Numbered from the stretch's first letter, positions 52,358 through 62,950 are shown. The stretch is 64,000 bases of DNA from an uncultured cyanobacterium (GCA_963803805.1 CAWDOD010000009.1:128001-192000); one strand, 5' to 3'. The notes: a model not told the origin generated them from the letters alone. Program-made: numbers and translations.

Positions 52358-53689
52358 ATGACTAAGTGGGATGAATTTATTACTGAACTTGATAATATTG
52401 AAACTATTACTGAACCTGATCGTGTTGCCAAACTTTCTTTAGATTACTATCATTTTAGCCCGATATTAAAACCTCAATTAGCAGATAAAAGAGGAGATAT
52501 TGTAGTACGCCCTAGTAATGAAAAAGAAGTTATACAAATAGCTAAAGTTTGTGTCAAGTATCGAGTTCCTCTAACTATAAGAGGGGCAGGCACAGGAAAT
52601 TATGGACAGTGTGTTCCTTTGCAAGGAGGAGTTATTCTTGATACTACGAAAATGAACAAAATAGTTGACCTTAAACCAGGAGTTGCCCGGGTTGAACCAG
52701 GGGTACGACTAGCAGCATTTGATAAGCAAGGGAGGGGGATGGGTTGGGAGTTGCGGATGTATCCTTCTACTTACCGTACAGCGACTATTGGGGGTTTTGT
52801 TGGTGGTGGTAGTGGGGGCATCGGTTCAGTTAATTATGGGGGATTAAGCGATCGCGGTAATATTTTGGCGGTTAAAGTTGTTACCTTGGAAAAGGAACCA
52901 CGAGTTTTAGAATTGCGGGGAGATGAAGTTCAAAAAGTAAATCATGCTTACGGCACAAATGGTATCATTACTCAATTAGAAATTCCTCTTGCTTTAGCTT
53001 ATCCTTGGGCAGAAATAATTGTCACTTTTCAAGACTTTATGGATGCAGCAAAATTTGGGCAGGCTTTGACAGATGCAGACGGTTTAATTAAAAAGTTAGT
53101 TAGTATCCATGCTTCACCAATTCCTAATTACTTTACTCCTTTGCAAGATTATCTTCCTAATGGGGAACACTGCGCCTTATTAATGGTGGCTGAAAGTTGT
53201 TTAGAACCATTGTCAAGTTTAGTAGCAGAATATCAAGGGAAAATTACCTATCAAAAACCTTCTGTAGAAGCGAAAAGGGGCGTAAGTTTAGCAGAATTTA
53301 CTTGGAATCATACAACTCTCCATGGTCGTAGCGCTGATCATAATTTAACCTATTTGCAGAGTGTTTTTCCCTACGATCCTCAACTAAAATTAGTAGAGCA
53401 AATGTACGAATATTTTGGGGAAGAGGTGATGATACATTTAGAATTTATGCGATCCCAAGGTAGAGGGGTAGCCGGTGGACTTCAATTGCTTCGTTATACT
53501 AATGAAGAACGTTTGCAAGAAATTATTGCTTACCACGAAAATAAAGGGGTATTTATTGCTAATCCCCACACCTATATTTTAGAAGATGGTGGCAAAAAGA
53601 CTATAGATAATCAACAATTGAATTTCAAAAAATTAGCTGATCCTTTTGGTTTACTTAATCCTGGTAAAATGCGTGGATGGGATAGCTAA
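52358..53689 (+). CDS. FAD-binding oxidoreductase (FAD-linked oxidase family)
   Basis: RGAGTGNYGQ, ATIGGFVGGG, HAYGTNGII, DPFGLLNPGK. Confidence 0.9.
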   Translation: MTKWDEFITELDNIETITEPDRVAKLSLDYYHFSPILKPQLADKRGDIVVRPSNEKEVIQIAKVCVKYRVPLTIRGAGTGNYGQCVPLQGGVILDTTKMNKIVDLKPGVARVEPGVRLAAFDKQGRGMGWELRMYPSTYRTATIGGFVGGGSGGIGSVNYGGLSDRGNILAVKVVTLEKEPRVLELRGDEVQKVNHAYGTNGIITQLEIPLALAYPWAEIIVTFQDFMDAAKFGQALTDADGLIKKLVSIHASPIPNYFTPLQDYLPNGEHCALLMVAESCLEPLSSLVAEYQGKITYQKPSVEAKRGVSLAEFTWNHTTLHGRSADHNLTYLQSVFPYDPQLKLVEQMYEYFGEEVMIHLEFMRSQGRGVAGGLQLLRYTNEERLQEIIAYHENKGVFIANPHTYILEDGGKKTIDNQQLNFKKLADPFGLLNPGKMRGWDS

Positions 53690-53783
53690 ATAATTGATGA
53701 TTTTGGTGCGATTCCGTATAGTGAGTAAAACACACTGGGTAGCGCACCGGTTGATAGTTAATAGTTTTGAATTTGTCTGGAGA

Positions 53784-54437
53784 ATGCAAGAAAGTTGTGT
53801 AGAGGTGTTACCAGAATTTATAATTAGACCAGCTTGTTATCGCGATAAAGAAGCTATTCAAAGTTTAATTTGGGAGTTTACTTTCGCTGAAGCTTTAGAG
53901 TTGGATTTGCGAATAATATTATATCGCTTAATTGTAGTCACTTTACTTACCTACTCTTTCTTTTTGGTTCGTAGTTTCACAATTCCTATTTATGGAGAAT
54001 TAGTAGAAGCATTAGTCATTGCTGCTATTTTATTCAACTGTATTTATGCCCTACAATTATCTTCTGCTATGATTATGGGAATTGGTACAACTTGGCAAAG
54101 ATACTGGGTAGTAGAAAAAGACTCTCAATTAGTTGCTTGCGCTTTATTAAATATTTATAGTAGTAACTCAGAACTAGCATACTTATTCGTCAAACCAGCT
54201 TGGCGGGGAAGAAGAATTGCTTCCTCTTTAATTAACAGGCTAATTCAGGAATCACCCAATACTCTTTATTTAGCTTGTAAACCAAAAATGATTAAATTTT
54301 ATAGTAAGCTTGGCTTTAGAGAAGTGCGTTGGCAAGATTTATCTCAACCAATTAAAAACATTTTCATGCTCTTCCAGCCCCATCCTAAACTGTGGGGTTT
54401 TCCTATTACTATTATGAAATATAGCAGTTCTAATTGA
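53784..54437 (+). CDS. GNAT acetyltransferase with inserted hydrophobic helices
   Basis: GGAG then ATG at 53784; IRPA, LFVKPAWRGRRIAS, FYSKLGF. Confidence 0.78.
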   Translation: MQESCVEVLPEFIIRPACYRDKEAIQSLIWEFTFAEALELDLRIILYRLIVVTLLTYSFFLVRSFTIPIYGELVEALVIAAILFNCIYALQLSSAMIMGIGTTWQRYWVVEKDSQLVACALLNIYSSNSELAYLFVKPAWRGRRIASSLINRLIQESPNTLYLACKPKMIKFYSKLGFREVRWQDLSQPIKNIFMLFQPHPKLWGFPITIMKYSSSN

Positions 54438-54446
54438 AAGAATGTA

Positions 54447-55253
54447 ATGCACAACTTTATTCCCCCTCACCGCTTTTTCCCCTATCTTACTTGGAAAGAT
54501 ATCCAGGATCTACCTAATAAAAAAAACACGGTTATTATTCAACCCATAGGTTCTATTGAACAACATGGTCATCACTTACCAATTATTGTTGATTCTGCTA
54601 TTGGAGTAGCTGTAATTGGTAAAGCTTTAGAACAATTAAAACCAGAAATTCCTGCTTATTGTTTACCCCCGCTTTACTATGGAAAATCCAATGAACACAC
54701 TGGTTTTCCAGGAACAATTACCCTCAGTGCCACTACTTTATTAACTGTTCTCAAAGAAATAGCAGAGAGTATTTATGAAGCGGGTTTTCGTAAACTAGCT
54801 TTAGTAAATTCCCATGGGGGACAGCCTCAAATTCTAGACATTGTAGCGAGGGATCTTCATCATCAGTATCAAGAGTTTATGATTTTCCCTTTATTTATCT
54901 GGAAAGTACCTAATCTTGCCCAAGAATTAACTACAGAAAAAGAAATGCAATATGGCATTCATGGAGGAGATTTAGAAACAAGTCTGATGCTATCGATTTT
55001 ACCAGAACAAGTAAAAATGGAGCTAGCAATTAAAGAGTACCCTGCTGGGTTGCCAGAAAATAGTCTTTTAAGTATGGAAGGAAAACTACCTTTTGCTTGG
55101 CTAACTAAAGAATTAACTAAAACAGGAGTATTAGGAGATGCAACCATAGCAACTAAAGAAAAAGGTGATCGCTTGCTCACTTCATTAACTAGTAGCTGGG
55201 TTAATTTAATCGAAGATATTTATAAATTTCAGCAACCACAAATTAACAATTAG
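54447..55253 (+). CDS. Creatininase-family amidohydrolase
   Basis: GSIEQHGHHLP..D, SNEH..FPGT, NSHGGQ, HGG..ETS. Confidence 0.9.
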   Translation: MHNFIPPHRFFPYLTWKDIQDLPNKKNTVIIQPIGSIEQHGHHLPIIVDSAIGVAVIGKALEQLKPEIPAYCLPPLYYGKSNEHTGFPGTITLSATTLLTVLKEIAESIYEAGFRKLALVNSHGGQPQILDIVARDLHHQYQEFMIFPLFIWKVPNLAQELTTEKEMQYGIHGGDLETSLMLSILPEQVKMELAIKEYPAGLPENSLLSMEGKLPFAWLTKELTKTGVLGDATIATKEKGDRLLTSLTSSWVNLIEDIYKFQQPQINN

Positions 55254-55348
55254 CTTCTCAAAAATAGAGTTGCGTGAGTTATCCTGATCCTAAAAATTAA
55301 TCTAGTAAAAAGTACCTGGAGGCAAGCCCTCTAGCACTCTAAACTAAT

Positions 55349-56149
55349 ATGATAGTCAAGGAAATAATTCAGCTTTATGCCCAAGGACAGAGAGATTTCC
55401 AAAATGTCAATTTAAGTGGTATAGACTTGAGTAATACTAATTTGAGTGGTAGCGATTTTAGCAACTCTAATTTACGAGGTATTAATCTTAATGGTGCTAA
55501 CCTTTCAAAAACGAAATTTAATGATGCCTTATTAACCGGGGCAAACTTGGGTAGTGTCAATCTCTTAGAAGCAACTTTATTTGGTACTAACCTACGTACT
55601 GCTAATTTAGCCTTTGCTAACTTAGGTAACGCTGATTTAAGGGGGGCTAACCTCTTTTTTGCCAACATTAGCAATGCGGAATTAGTAGGGGTTAAACTTC
55701 TCCGTGCTGATATGAGTCGCGTTAACCTCTGTTGTACTAATCTCCATGGCGCGGATCTCAGCAACACAGATTTGAGCCAAGGAAACTTAATGGAGGCTAG
55801 CTTCATTGGGGCTAGTTTGCAAGATGCCTATTTACGTAATACGAACCTTAAAGATTCTGATTTGAGCCATGCTAATTTGCAAGGTATAAATTTAACAAAA
55901 GCTAATCTCAACAATGCCAATCTTAACCGAGCTAACTTGAGGGGAGCGAATTTAATTAAAGCTCAACTAAAAAATACCAACCTGAGCCGAGCTAACCTAA
56001 GTTTAGCCAACTTAGCCTATGCCAATTTGCGAAAGGCTAATCTTAGTTATGCTGACTTAAATGATGCCAATCTAGCTGGAGTTGAATGGCAACAAGCTAT
56101 TTTAACAGGAGCTAAACTAATAGGAACCATCTGCGCTCACCAGCCTTGA
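55349..56149 (+). CDS. Pentapeptide-repeat protein
   Basis: YAQGQRDF followed by long A(N/D)Lxx repeats. Confidence 0.93.
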   Translation: MIVKEIIQLYAQGQRDFQNVNLSGIDLSNTNLSGSDFSNSNLRGINLNGANLSKTKFNDALLTGANLGSVNLLEATLFGTNLRTANLAFANLGNADLRGANLFFANISNAELVGVKLLRADMSRVNLCCTNLHGADLSNTDLSQGNLMEASFIGASLQDAYLRNTNLKDSDLSHANLQGINLTKANLNNANLNRANLRGANLIKAQLKNTNLSRANLSLANLAYANLRKANLSYADLNDANLAGVEWQQAILTGAKLIGTICAHQP

Positions 56150-56170
56150 GTAAAGTAAAAGCAACAGGTT

Positions 56171-56243
56171 TTTAAGTTTTGTTACATCGGTTGGTTGAAT
56201 TTTAATAAAATGTAACAAATAAAAGCTCAACACCATTGTATAA
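56171..56243 (+). promoter_or_regulatory. cpcB promoter region with HLR1-like half-sites and TTGTATAA box
   Basis: GTTACA at 56181, TGTAAC at 56211, TTGTATAA at 56236; implies a 5' UTR of roughly 290 nt. Confidence 0.55.
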
Positions 56244-56535
56244 AAGTTACCTGTAGGGTATAAACACAAGGGATAAACCTTAGTTCTAGCTAAGATTTAT
56301 CATGTTTCTATCTTCACTCATATAAATATGAACTTTTCTCAGAATTCTTAAAAATCTACTAGAATACGAAATTTAAAGTATCCGAGTAGATTTCAAGAAG
56401 AACTGAAATAATGGGTGTTGAAATCAAAGTTTATATTCAGCTTAGGTTGACTGAATTATAAGGCTTTAAAATACGGTATATGGTACACAAGTACCAACCA
56501 CGCTCAACTAAAATTTTAAGTAGGAGATCAATTAA

Positions 56536-57054
56536 ATGTTTGACGCATTCACTAAAGTAGTTTCCCAAGCAGATGCTAGAGGCGAATACTTGTCTGGCGA
56601 CCAGTTAGATGCCCTTGGCCAAATGGTTAGCGAAAGCAACAAGCGCATGGACACCGTTAACCGCATCACCAGCAACTCTTCAGCAATTGTTACCGATGCA
56701 GCCCGTGCTTTATTCGCTGAGCAACCTCAGCTAATCGCTCCTGGTGGAAACGCTTACACCAGTCGTCGTATGGCTGCCTGCTTACGGGACATGGAAATCA
56801 TCCTACGCTATGTAACCTACGCTATCTTCTCTGGTGACGCTAGTGTTTTAGAAGACCGTTGTTTAAATGGTTTGCGTGAAACCTACCAAGCTTTAGGAAC
56901 TCCTGGAAGCTCCGTAGCAGTAGGCGTTAATAAAATGAAAGATGCAGCTATTGCGATCGCCAACGACAAAAACGGCGTAACATCAGGTGATTGCAGCTCT
57001 TTAATGTCTGAAGTAGGTAGCTACTTTGACCGTGCAGCTTCTGCTGTTAGCTAA
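56536..57054 (+). CDS. cpcB: Phycocyanin beta subunit
   Basis: [30 protein letters not shown]. Confidence 0.98.
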   Translation: MFDAFTKVVSQADARGEYLSGDQLDALGQMVSESNKRMDTVNRITSNSSAIVTDAARALFAEQPQLIAPGGNAYTSRRMAACLRDMEIILRYVTYAIFSGDASVLEDRCLNGLRETYQALGTPGSSVAVGVNKMKDAAIAIANDKNGVTSGDCSSLMSEVGSYFDRAASAVS

Positions 57055-57144
57055 ATTAAATTACTTACCTGAAATATCCCAGGTAATTAACTCCAATATC
57101 TTGAAAAATTTTTGCAAACCTAATTTAGGGAGATACCTTAAAAC

Positions 57145-57633
57145 ATGAAAACCCCTCTAACTGAAGCAGTATCCACAGCAGACGCTCAAGGTCGCTTCCT
57201 CAGCAGCAGTGAAATCCAAGTTGCTTTTGGTCGTTTCCGCCAAGCTAGCGCTAGCTTAGAAGCGGCTAAAGCTCTGACTAGCAAAGCTGACAGCCTTGTT
57301 AGTGGCGCAGCCCAAGCTGTTTACAAAAAGTTCCCTTACACCACCCAAATGGATGGCGCTAACTACGCTGCTGACCAACGTGGTAAAGATAAGTGCGCTC
57401 GTGACATCGGTTACTACCTCCGCATGGTAACTTACTGCTTAGTTGCTGGTGGTACAGGACCCATGGATGAGTATTTAATCGCTGGAATTGCTGAAATCAA
57501 CAGCACCTTCGACTTATCTCCTAGCTGGTATGTAGAAGCTCTCAAGAACATCAAAGCGAGCCATGGTTTAAGTGGTGACCCTGCTGTAGAAGCTAACTCC
57601 TACATCGACTACGCTATTAATGCTCTTAGCTAA
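57145..57633 (+). CDS. cpcA: Phycocyanin alpha subunit
   Basis: [29 protein letters not shown]. Confidence 0.98.
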   Translation: MKTPLTEAVSTADAQGRFLSSSEIQVAFGRFRQASASLEAAKALTSKADSLVSGAAQAVYKKFPYTTQMDGANYAADQRGKDKCARDIGYYLRMVTYCLVAGGTGPMDEYLIAGIAEINSTFDLSPSWYVEALKNIKASHGLSGDPAVEANSYIDYAINALS

Positions 57634-57700
57634 CTAGGAATTCTAGCTATTTGTAGCACAAATAGTTAGGAAAATGTGAACAACGCTAACTAAGGCGTAC

Positions 57701-57759
57701 TACCTGGAAAGGTATGCGGATACCAGTAAATTGCTAGTATTTGTTTACCGTTCCAGGTA
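57701..57759 (+). terminator. Long stem-loop after cpcA (terminator / mRNA-stabilising element)
   Basis: TACCTGGAAAGGTA...TACCGTTCCAGGTA imperfect inverted repeat. Confidence 0.7.
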
Positions 57760-57841
57760 TTGTTTATAAAGAAGGGAACTGGGAGTAGGGAGTAGAGATT
57801 TAGACTTGATTATCTCTAACCGGATTTTGTATGAGAGGGTG

Positions 57842-58675
57842 ATGGAAGAACAAAACTTTAATACAGAAGCTCCTTCTGGAGGAAAATTAACTGTAGAAAA
57901 GGCGATCACAAACCTGCTTCAAAAAGAAGATTTAGGCCTGCGTTACTATGCCGCCTGGTGGTTAGGTAGGTTCCGGATCAAAGACCAAGCAGCCATAGAT
58001 GCTTTATTGTTAGCTTTAGAAGACGAAGAAGATCGCGCTCCTGACGGTGGTTATCCTTTACGACGCAATGCGGCGAGAGCATTAGGCAAATTAGGTAACC
58101 ACCAAGCTGTACCGGCTTTAATTAACTGCTTAGCCTTTAGTGATTTTTATGTCCGGGAAGCAGCAGCCCAAGCTTTAGAAATGTTAGGGGACAAAACGGC
58201 TATTCCTGAGCTAATCAAATTGCTCTCCGGGGGAGTAGAAGCGGCTCAACAATTTCCTGGCAAACCTCATTTAGTCCAACCCTACGAAGCTATTATTGAA
58301 GCATTAGGTACTCTCAAGGCCCAAGAAGCCCAGGATTTAATTGAACCTTTTCTAGAACATTTTGCACCTAAAGTAAGGTTTGCAGCCGCTAGAGCTATGT
58401 ATCAGCTTACAGAAAAATCTTTTTACGGAGATTTTTTAATCAAAGCTTTACAAGAAGATAACTTACAACTACGCCGCTCTGCTCTTATGGACTTAGGAGC
58501 TATTGGTTACTCCAAGGCAGGAGAGGCGATCGCCTCAACAAAAGCAGAAAATAGCCTGAAATTAATTTCTTTGAAAGGATTGTTAGAATCTCAGTTAGAA
58601 ACCAGCGACTCAGAAGCGATAGAATTATCCCCAGAGAGTCTGCAACTGATGAAATTAATGGATGCGCTTCTTTAA
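57842..58675 (+). CDS. cpcE: Phycocyanobilin lyase subunit CpcE
   Basis: RYYAAWWLG, GGYPLRRNAARALGKLG, HEAT repeats; follows cpcA. Confidence 0.95.
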   Translation: MEEQNFNTEAPSGGKLTVEKAITNLLQKEDLGLRYYAAWWLGRFRIKDQAAIDALLLALEDEEDRAPDGGYPLRRNAARALGKLGNHQAVPALINCLAFSDFYVREAAAQALEMLGDKTAIPELIKLLSGGVEAAQQFPGKPHLVQPYEAIIEALGTLKAQEAQDLIEPFLEHFAPKVRFAAARAMYQLTEKSFYGDFLIKALQEDNLQLRRSALMDLGAIGYSKAGEAIASTKAENSLKLISLKGLLESQLETSDSEAIELSPESLQLMKLMDALL

Positions 58676-58681
58676 AAGATT

Positions 58682-59329
58682 ATGGATAAGAGTATTTCTC
58701 AGTTAATTAAAGAGGTAGATCAGGCAGATTCTGCCCATAAATTATTTAAAGCAGTAGCCACATTAGCAAAAGCTCGTCACGAAGAATCTATTGCTACTTT
58801 AATTGAAGTATTAGGATACAATAATCCAGGAGCTGCAGTTGCTGCAGTAGAAGGGCTAATAGCATTGGGGAAAGTAGCTATTCCCTCTTTATTAGAACAA
58901 CTCGATAGTTATAACTATGGAGCGAGGGCGTGGGCTATTCGTGCCTTAGCTGCTATTGGTGATCCCCGTGCTTTGGACACCTTATTAAGTGCGGCAAAGA
59001 GTGATTTTTCCCAAAGTGTCAGACGCTCTGCGGCTAGAGGCTTAGGAATTATCAACTGGGCTGAGGTTGAGGCAACGGAAGTGCAAACTAAACAAACTCA
59101 AGTACTACAAACCTTGTTGCAAGTATGTCAAGATGTAGAATGGGTAGTGCGCTACGGGGCGGTGGTAGGTTTAGAATCTCTTGGCCTCAAGACGAACTCT
59201 CCAGAAATTAACCAGCAAATCGATGCTTGCTTAACTCAGATAATCGCTGAAGATGCTGAGATTGCTATACAAGCTAGAGCTAAGTTTGCTCTTAGTAAGC
59301 TCAAAGAAAAAGTCACCCTATCCCCTTAA
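58682..59329 (+). CDS. cpcF: Phycocyanobilin lyase subunit CpcF
   Basis: LGYNNPGAAVAAV, YNYGARAWA, EWVVRY. Confidence 0.95.
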   Translation: MDKSISQLIKEVDQADSAHKLFKAVATLAKARHEESIATLIEVLGYNNPGAAVAAVEGLIALGKVAIPSLLEQLDSYNYGARAWAIRALAAIGDPRALDTLLSAAKSDFSQSVRRSAARGLGIINWAEVEATEVQTKQTQVLQTLLQVCQDVEWVVRYGAVVGLESLGLKTNSPEINQQIDACLTQIIAEDAEIAIQARAKFALSKLKEKVTLSP

Positions 59330-59387
59330 ATGCCCTTACTCCCTGTCGTCTAACGACAAGGCTACGTGAACCCTACTCCTTTCTTCT

Positions 59388-60161
59388 ATGAAATATTGGT
59401 ACGAGAGCTTTGCCGTTGCTCAACGCATTCTTACTGAACTATGGCGGAGGCAGCGGAGTTTGGTTTTTTGGGCAATTTTTCCTATCTCTGTGCTGCTACT
59501 CAACGGATTTATCTTAGCTGAGAGGGCAAACCTTTCTACTGCTGAAGCAATGGCATTTGCGGCTCCTTCTAGCTTAGTAGGGGCAGCTTTGTTCTTTAGC
59601 TGTTTAGGGGGAAGCGTAGCTACTGTGGTGGCAGAGAGAGAACAAAAAACAATCAAGAGGCTATTCCTTTCTCCTTTAAGCGGTATTTCTTATTTTCTGG
59701 GGATTTTCTTAGCCCATAGTTGTATTGGTATAGGGCAGAGCATCTTAGTTTATGCCGTAGCTAGTTTTTTAGGTGCTGAATTTTCTGGATCTATCATTTT
59801 AGGTTTGGTGATCATTCTTTTGAGCATTATTAGCTATGTAGGTGTCGGTTTTATCCTTGGTACACAGTTGGCAAGAAGAACAGAAGATGTTAACTCTTTG
59901 GTAGCTACTTTTGGAGTACCTTTGCTAATTTTGGGTGGGGCTTTTTTACCTACTTCTTTGTTTCCTAAAAAGCTATTAAATTTAGCTCAATTTAACCCCA
60001 TTTTTCATATGAATGAAGCTTTAGTAGGAATTTGGGCCAAAGGAGAAGATGTAGCAACCATTAGTCACCATTTTCTGGTTCTAGCCATTTTCGCTTTGGT
60101 GATGGTATTCGCAGGATGGCTTGCTTATCAAAGAATGTTAAGGGTAGAGAGAAGACTTTGA
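59388..60161 (+). CDS. ABC-2 type exporter permease
   Basis: Six TM helices, VAEREQKTIKRL, FNPIFH. Confidence 0.85.
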   Translation: MKYWYESFAVAQRILTELWRRQRSLVFWAIFPISVLLLNGFILAERANLSTAEAMAFAAPSSLVGAALFFSCLGGSVATVVAEREQKTIKRLFLSPLSGISYFLGIFLAHSCIGIGQSILVYAVASFLGAEFSGSIILGLVIILLSIISYVGVGFILGTQLARRTEDVNSLVATFGVPLLILGGAFLPTSLFPKKLLNLAQFNPIFHMNEALVGIWAKGEDVATISHHFLVLAIFALVMVFAGWLAYQRMLRVERRL

Positions 60162-60177
60162 TACTGGAGAAATAGTA

Positions 60178-60207
60178 AGAACCCAAAACCAATTGGCTTT
60201 GGGTTCT
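60178..60207. terminator. Hairpin between convergent permease and rpsU
   Basis: AGAACCCAAAACC-AATT-GGCTTTGGGTTCT. Confidence 0.6.
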
Positions 60208-60257
60208 CCTTAATAATCATCTAAAGTAGAATCATAGTCATACCAGTTTAGACTCTA

Positions 60258-60434
60258 TTAACGGAAACGCTTCTTACGCCGCGCTACTGCCTTGCGCTTG
60301 CGTTTTTCAATAGGGGTTTCAAAATAACGGCGACGCTTAATATCAGCAAAAACCCCTGCTTTTGATACTTGACGCTTAAATCGACGCAGTGCCGATTCTA
60401 TTTCTTCATTTTTACCAACAACCACTTGGGTCAT
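60258..60434 (-). CDS. rpsU: 30S ribosomal protein S21
   Basis: True start MTQVVVG at 60434 with [28 protein letters not shown]. Confidence 0.96.
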   Translation of the reverse strand: MTQVVVGKNEEIESALRRFKRQVSKAGVFADIKRRRYFETPIEKRKRKAVARRKKRFR

Positions 60435-60721
60435 ACTATCAGTCAACTCCTTTAAATATCTATCGTCATAAATTTCTGGACTATTGTAGCCCACAGACAA
60501 AATTAAATACTCCCCTGTAATTTCTAAGGGAGTTTAAGCTTAGTTAAAAAGCTACCTTGAGAGAAGGTAGTTATGGTTTTCCTAAGCATTTGTGCGATCG
60601 CTGACCACACACCATCTATTTTAGCGCTTGAGTGCTAAAGCGACTTCTATTTAACCAAAATACTATTCAAAGACCAAGCTGTTGATTTAACTTATTCTCG
60701 CTGTTAAACCTACTTTATATT

Positions 60722-61015
60722 CTACCAATTAGAATCAAAATCTTTGCGCCCTCTACCACCGCCACCGCCTTCTTTACGAGGTCTAGCTTTGTTGACTTTT
60801 AATTCTCGCCCCATCCACTCTGCACCATCGAGAGCTTCAATCGCTTTGCTTTCTTCGCTTTCGTCGCCCATCTCTACGAAACAAAAGCCGCGAACTCGGC
60901 CTGTTTCCCTATCCATAGGTATAGTTACTCGCTTAACTTTCCCATAATCAGAAAAAACTGTCTCGACATCCTCTTGACCTGCTTCATAAGGCAAGTTACC
61001 TACATAAATCGACAT
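60722..61015 (-). CDS. rbp: RRM RNA-binding protein (rbpA-like, upstream of rpsU)
   Basis: IYVGNL, RGFCFVEM, Gly-rich tail. Confidence 0.95.
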   Translation of the reverse strand: MSIYVGNLPYEAGQEDVETVFSDYGKVKRVTIPMDRETGRVRGFCFVEMGDESEESKAIEALDGAEWMGRELKVNKARPRKEGGGGGRGRKDFDSNW

Positions 61016-61101
61016 TCTAAATCTCCAGAACCGGAATCAATGAAAAGCCTCGGATCGCAGAGATGTATCTAATGTCTTAATGACCAAACCCTGTCGCCGA
61101 A
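61016..61101 (-). promoter_or_regulatory. Conserved rbp 5' leader elements
   Basis: Minus strand TTCGGCGA (61094-61101) and TTCTGGAGA RBS resemble boxes described in cold-inducible cyanobacterial rbp leaders. Confidence 0.5.
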
Positions 61102-61236
61102 TTTCATCCTTAGATAATATACCACAAACTTTCTTAAAAGGGAGCAGGGAGCAGCTTACAAGTGTAGATTTTTGATATTTAGCTACTTTTTTGGTTAGGG
61201 AGCTAGGGAGGATTTTTTCCTAAGATAAAAAATCAA

Positions 61237-61956
61237 TTAGGGCATCCACTCTAGAACAATACCAACGCGACTATCTTGCCCTTGAAGAGAATTTTGTCTT
61301 TCTATGTCTGTGGACAAACGCACCTGGGAACTGACAGCATAACCGACAGAAAGATTAGTTATGCCTACTTCCTCACTACTACCTGGAGAGACAAAACTTT
61401 GAGTTATAGCGATGTCTGCTGCCCCCGTACGGGATAAACTTAGCTGTAATTTTGCTCCTAAATTAACACCATCGGTAGCATACCCATCTGTGGTTATATT
61501 ACGGTAGCCAACTACCGGGGCAACATTAATATAGTTCCCTAAAGGCAGTATGTAGTAGTGCAAATCGGTTCCCCAGGAACTACGCCCTCCCTCAAAACTG
61601 CTATGATAATCAGCACTTACGGTTAAACCGGTATCACCAATAAAAATATCTTCTACACCAACAGTTATACCCTCTTCTTGGTTTGTGGAGGGAAACTGTG
61701 AATAGCCTAGCCGCAGGCGGGTACGAAAACTAGGATCGTGGTGAATATCCTCAAGAACATTGGGAACATCTTCTAACCAACGTTGTAAGACAGGACTACT
61801 TTCGATCACCTCCGGAGGCAAGCCGATTTCTTGTTCAAGGTTAACTTCTTGGGCATTTGCAGCAGGGATTATTGGTAATAAAACTAAACTTATGGGAACA
61901 AGCAGCCGTTTGAGAAATTTATTTTCTTGCTGAGGGACAATTAAAATATTTAACAT
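61237..61956 (-). CDS. Exported hypothetical protein, probable small outer-membrane beta-barrel
   Basis: Signal peptide ending ANAQ; alternating amphipathic strands; ends VGIVLEW. Confidence 0.65.
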   Translation of the reverse strand: MLNILIVPQQENKFLKRLLVPISLVLLPIIPAANAQEVNLEQEIGLPPEVIESSPVLQRWLEDVPNVLEDIHHDPSFRTRLRLGYSQFPSTNQEEGITVGVEDIFIGDTGLTVSADYHSSFEGGRSSWGTDLHYYILPLGNYINVAPVVGYRNITTDGYATDGVNLGAKLQLSLSRTGAADIAITQSFVSPGSSEEVGITNLSVGYAVSSQVRLSTDIERQNSLQGQDSRVGIVLEWMP

Positions 61957-62109
61957 AGATTATTTTAGGGGCAAGTGATCGCGCGTAGTTATCTGGAGTC
62001 TTCACTGAACAAAAGGAAAAAAGCCTCTTCATCATTGATTTTTAGCAACAATGGTATAAAAGCGTTAAATTGACAGTGTTAACTTTTACAAACTGTTGGG
62101 AGAAATTCA

Positions 62110-62907
62110 ATGCTGGAACTGTACCAATTTGAGATGTCCCAATACTCAGAGAAAGTCAGGCTAATTCTAGATTATAAAGGACTCGACTACCGAAAAATCG
62201 AGGTGACTCCTGGAGTAGGACAAATAGAACTTTTCCAAAAATCAGGACAGCGACAAGTTCCTGTTTTAAAAGATGGGGATGTTTATGTAGCTGACTCGAC
62301 GGAAATCGCCCTTTATTTAGAACGCAAATATCCCGATCCCCCTTTACTACCAGTTGACTCTAAAGAAAGAGGTCTATGCTTGTTAATAGAAGAGTGGGCT
62401 GATGTATCCATTGGTGCTAAAGGGCGTAAAGCTTTTGTCGGTGCGTTAAATAAAAATGCCAATTTTCGGACTTCAATTTTGCCCAAGGAAACTCCCGATT
62501 TCCTGAAAACCTTAGTAGGATCTTTACCAGGAGAAGTTCTTGATGCAATAGGTTCTGGAGTTGGTTTAGGGGGGAGTGCAGTTAAAGATGCTCAAAACGC
62601 TTTGAAACAAGACTTAGGCGCTCTTTGCTTGCTTTTAGAAAATTCCCCTTATTTAGTCACAGACCACCCCACTTTAGCCGATTTTGCTGTGGCTGGATTA
62701 AGTATGATCATTAAGTTCCCAGCAGGAAATTATCTAGATATTCCTGAAGATTTAAAAGGAAAGGGTATTCCTGGCTTAGCAGATAATACTATGTATGAGC
62801 CATTTTTCACTTGGCGCGATCGCTTATACACAGAATATCGCCGTCTTATTATTCCTACTGTTACAACCTCTGCTGGTTCAGCACCAACTTCTATTGATAT
62901 TGATTGA
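62110..62907 (+). CDS. Glutathione S-transferase family protein
   Basis: SQYSEKVR, QVPVL, DSTEIALYL, PTLADFAVA. Confidence 0.92.
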   Translation: MLELYQFEMSQYSEKVRLILDYKGLDYRKIEVTPGVGQIELFQKSGQRQVPVLKDGDVYVADSTEIALYLERKYPDPPLLPVDSKERGLCLLIEEWADVSIGAKGRKAFVGALNKNANFRTSILPKETPDFLKTLVGSLPGEVLDAIGSGVGLGGSAVKDAQNALKQDLGALCLLLENSPYLVTDHPTLADFAVAGLSMIIKFPAGNYLDIPEDLKGKGIPGLADNTMYEPFFTWRDRLYTEYRRLIIPTVTTSAGSAPTSIDID

Positions 62908-62950
62908 GTAAAGTTAATTTATTTTTTAAAATAAGCTAACTTTATCCAGT

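Noticed and set aside
60435-60500. 22-aa N-terminal extension of S21 in the ORF track
   Set aside because: RBS and family start point to the ATG at 60434.
60621-60638. CIRCE-like TTAGCGCTTGAGTGCTAA
   Set aside because: The 9-nt spacer is missing and no chaperone gene is adjacent; probably a simple hairpin.
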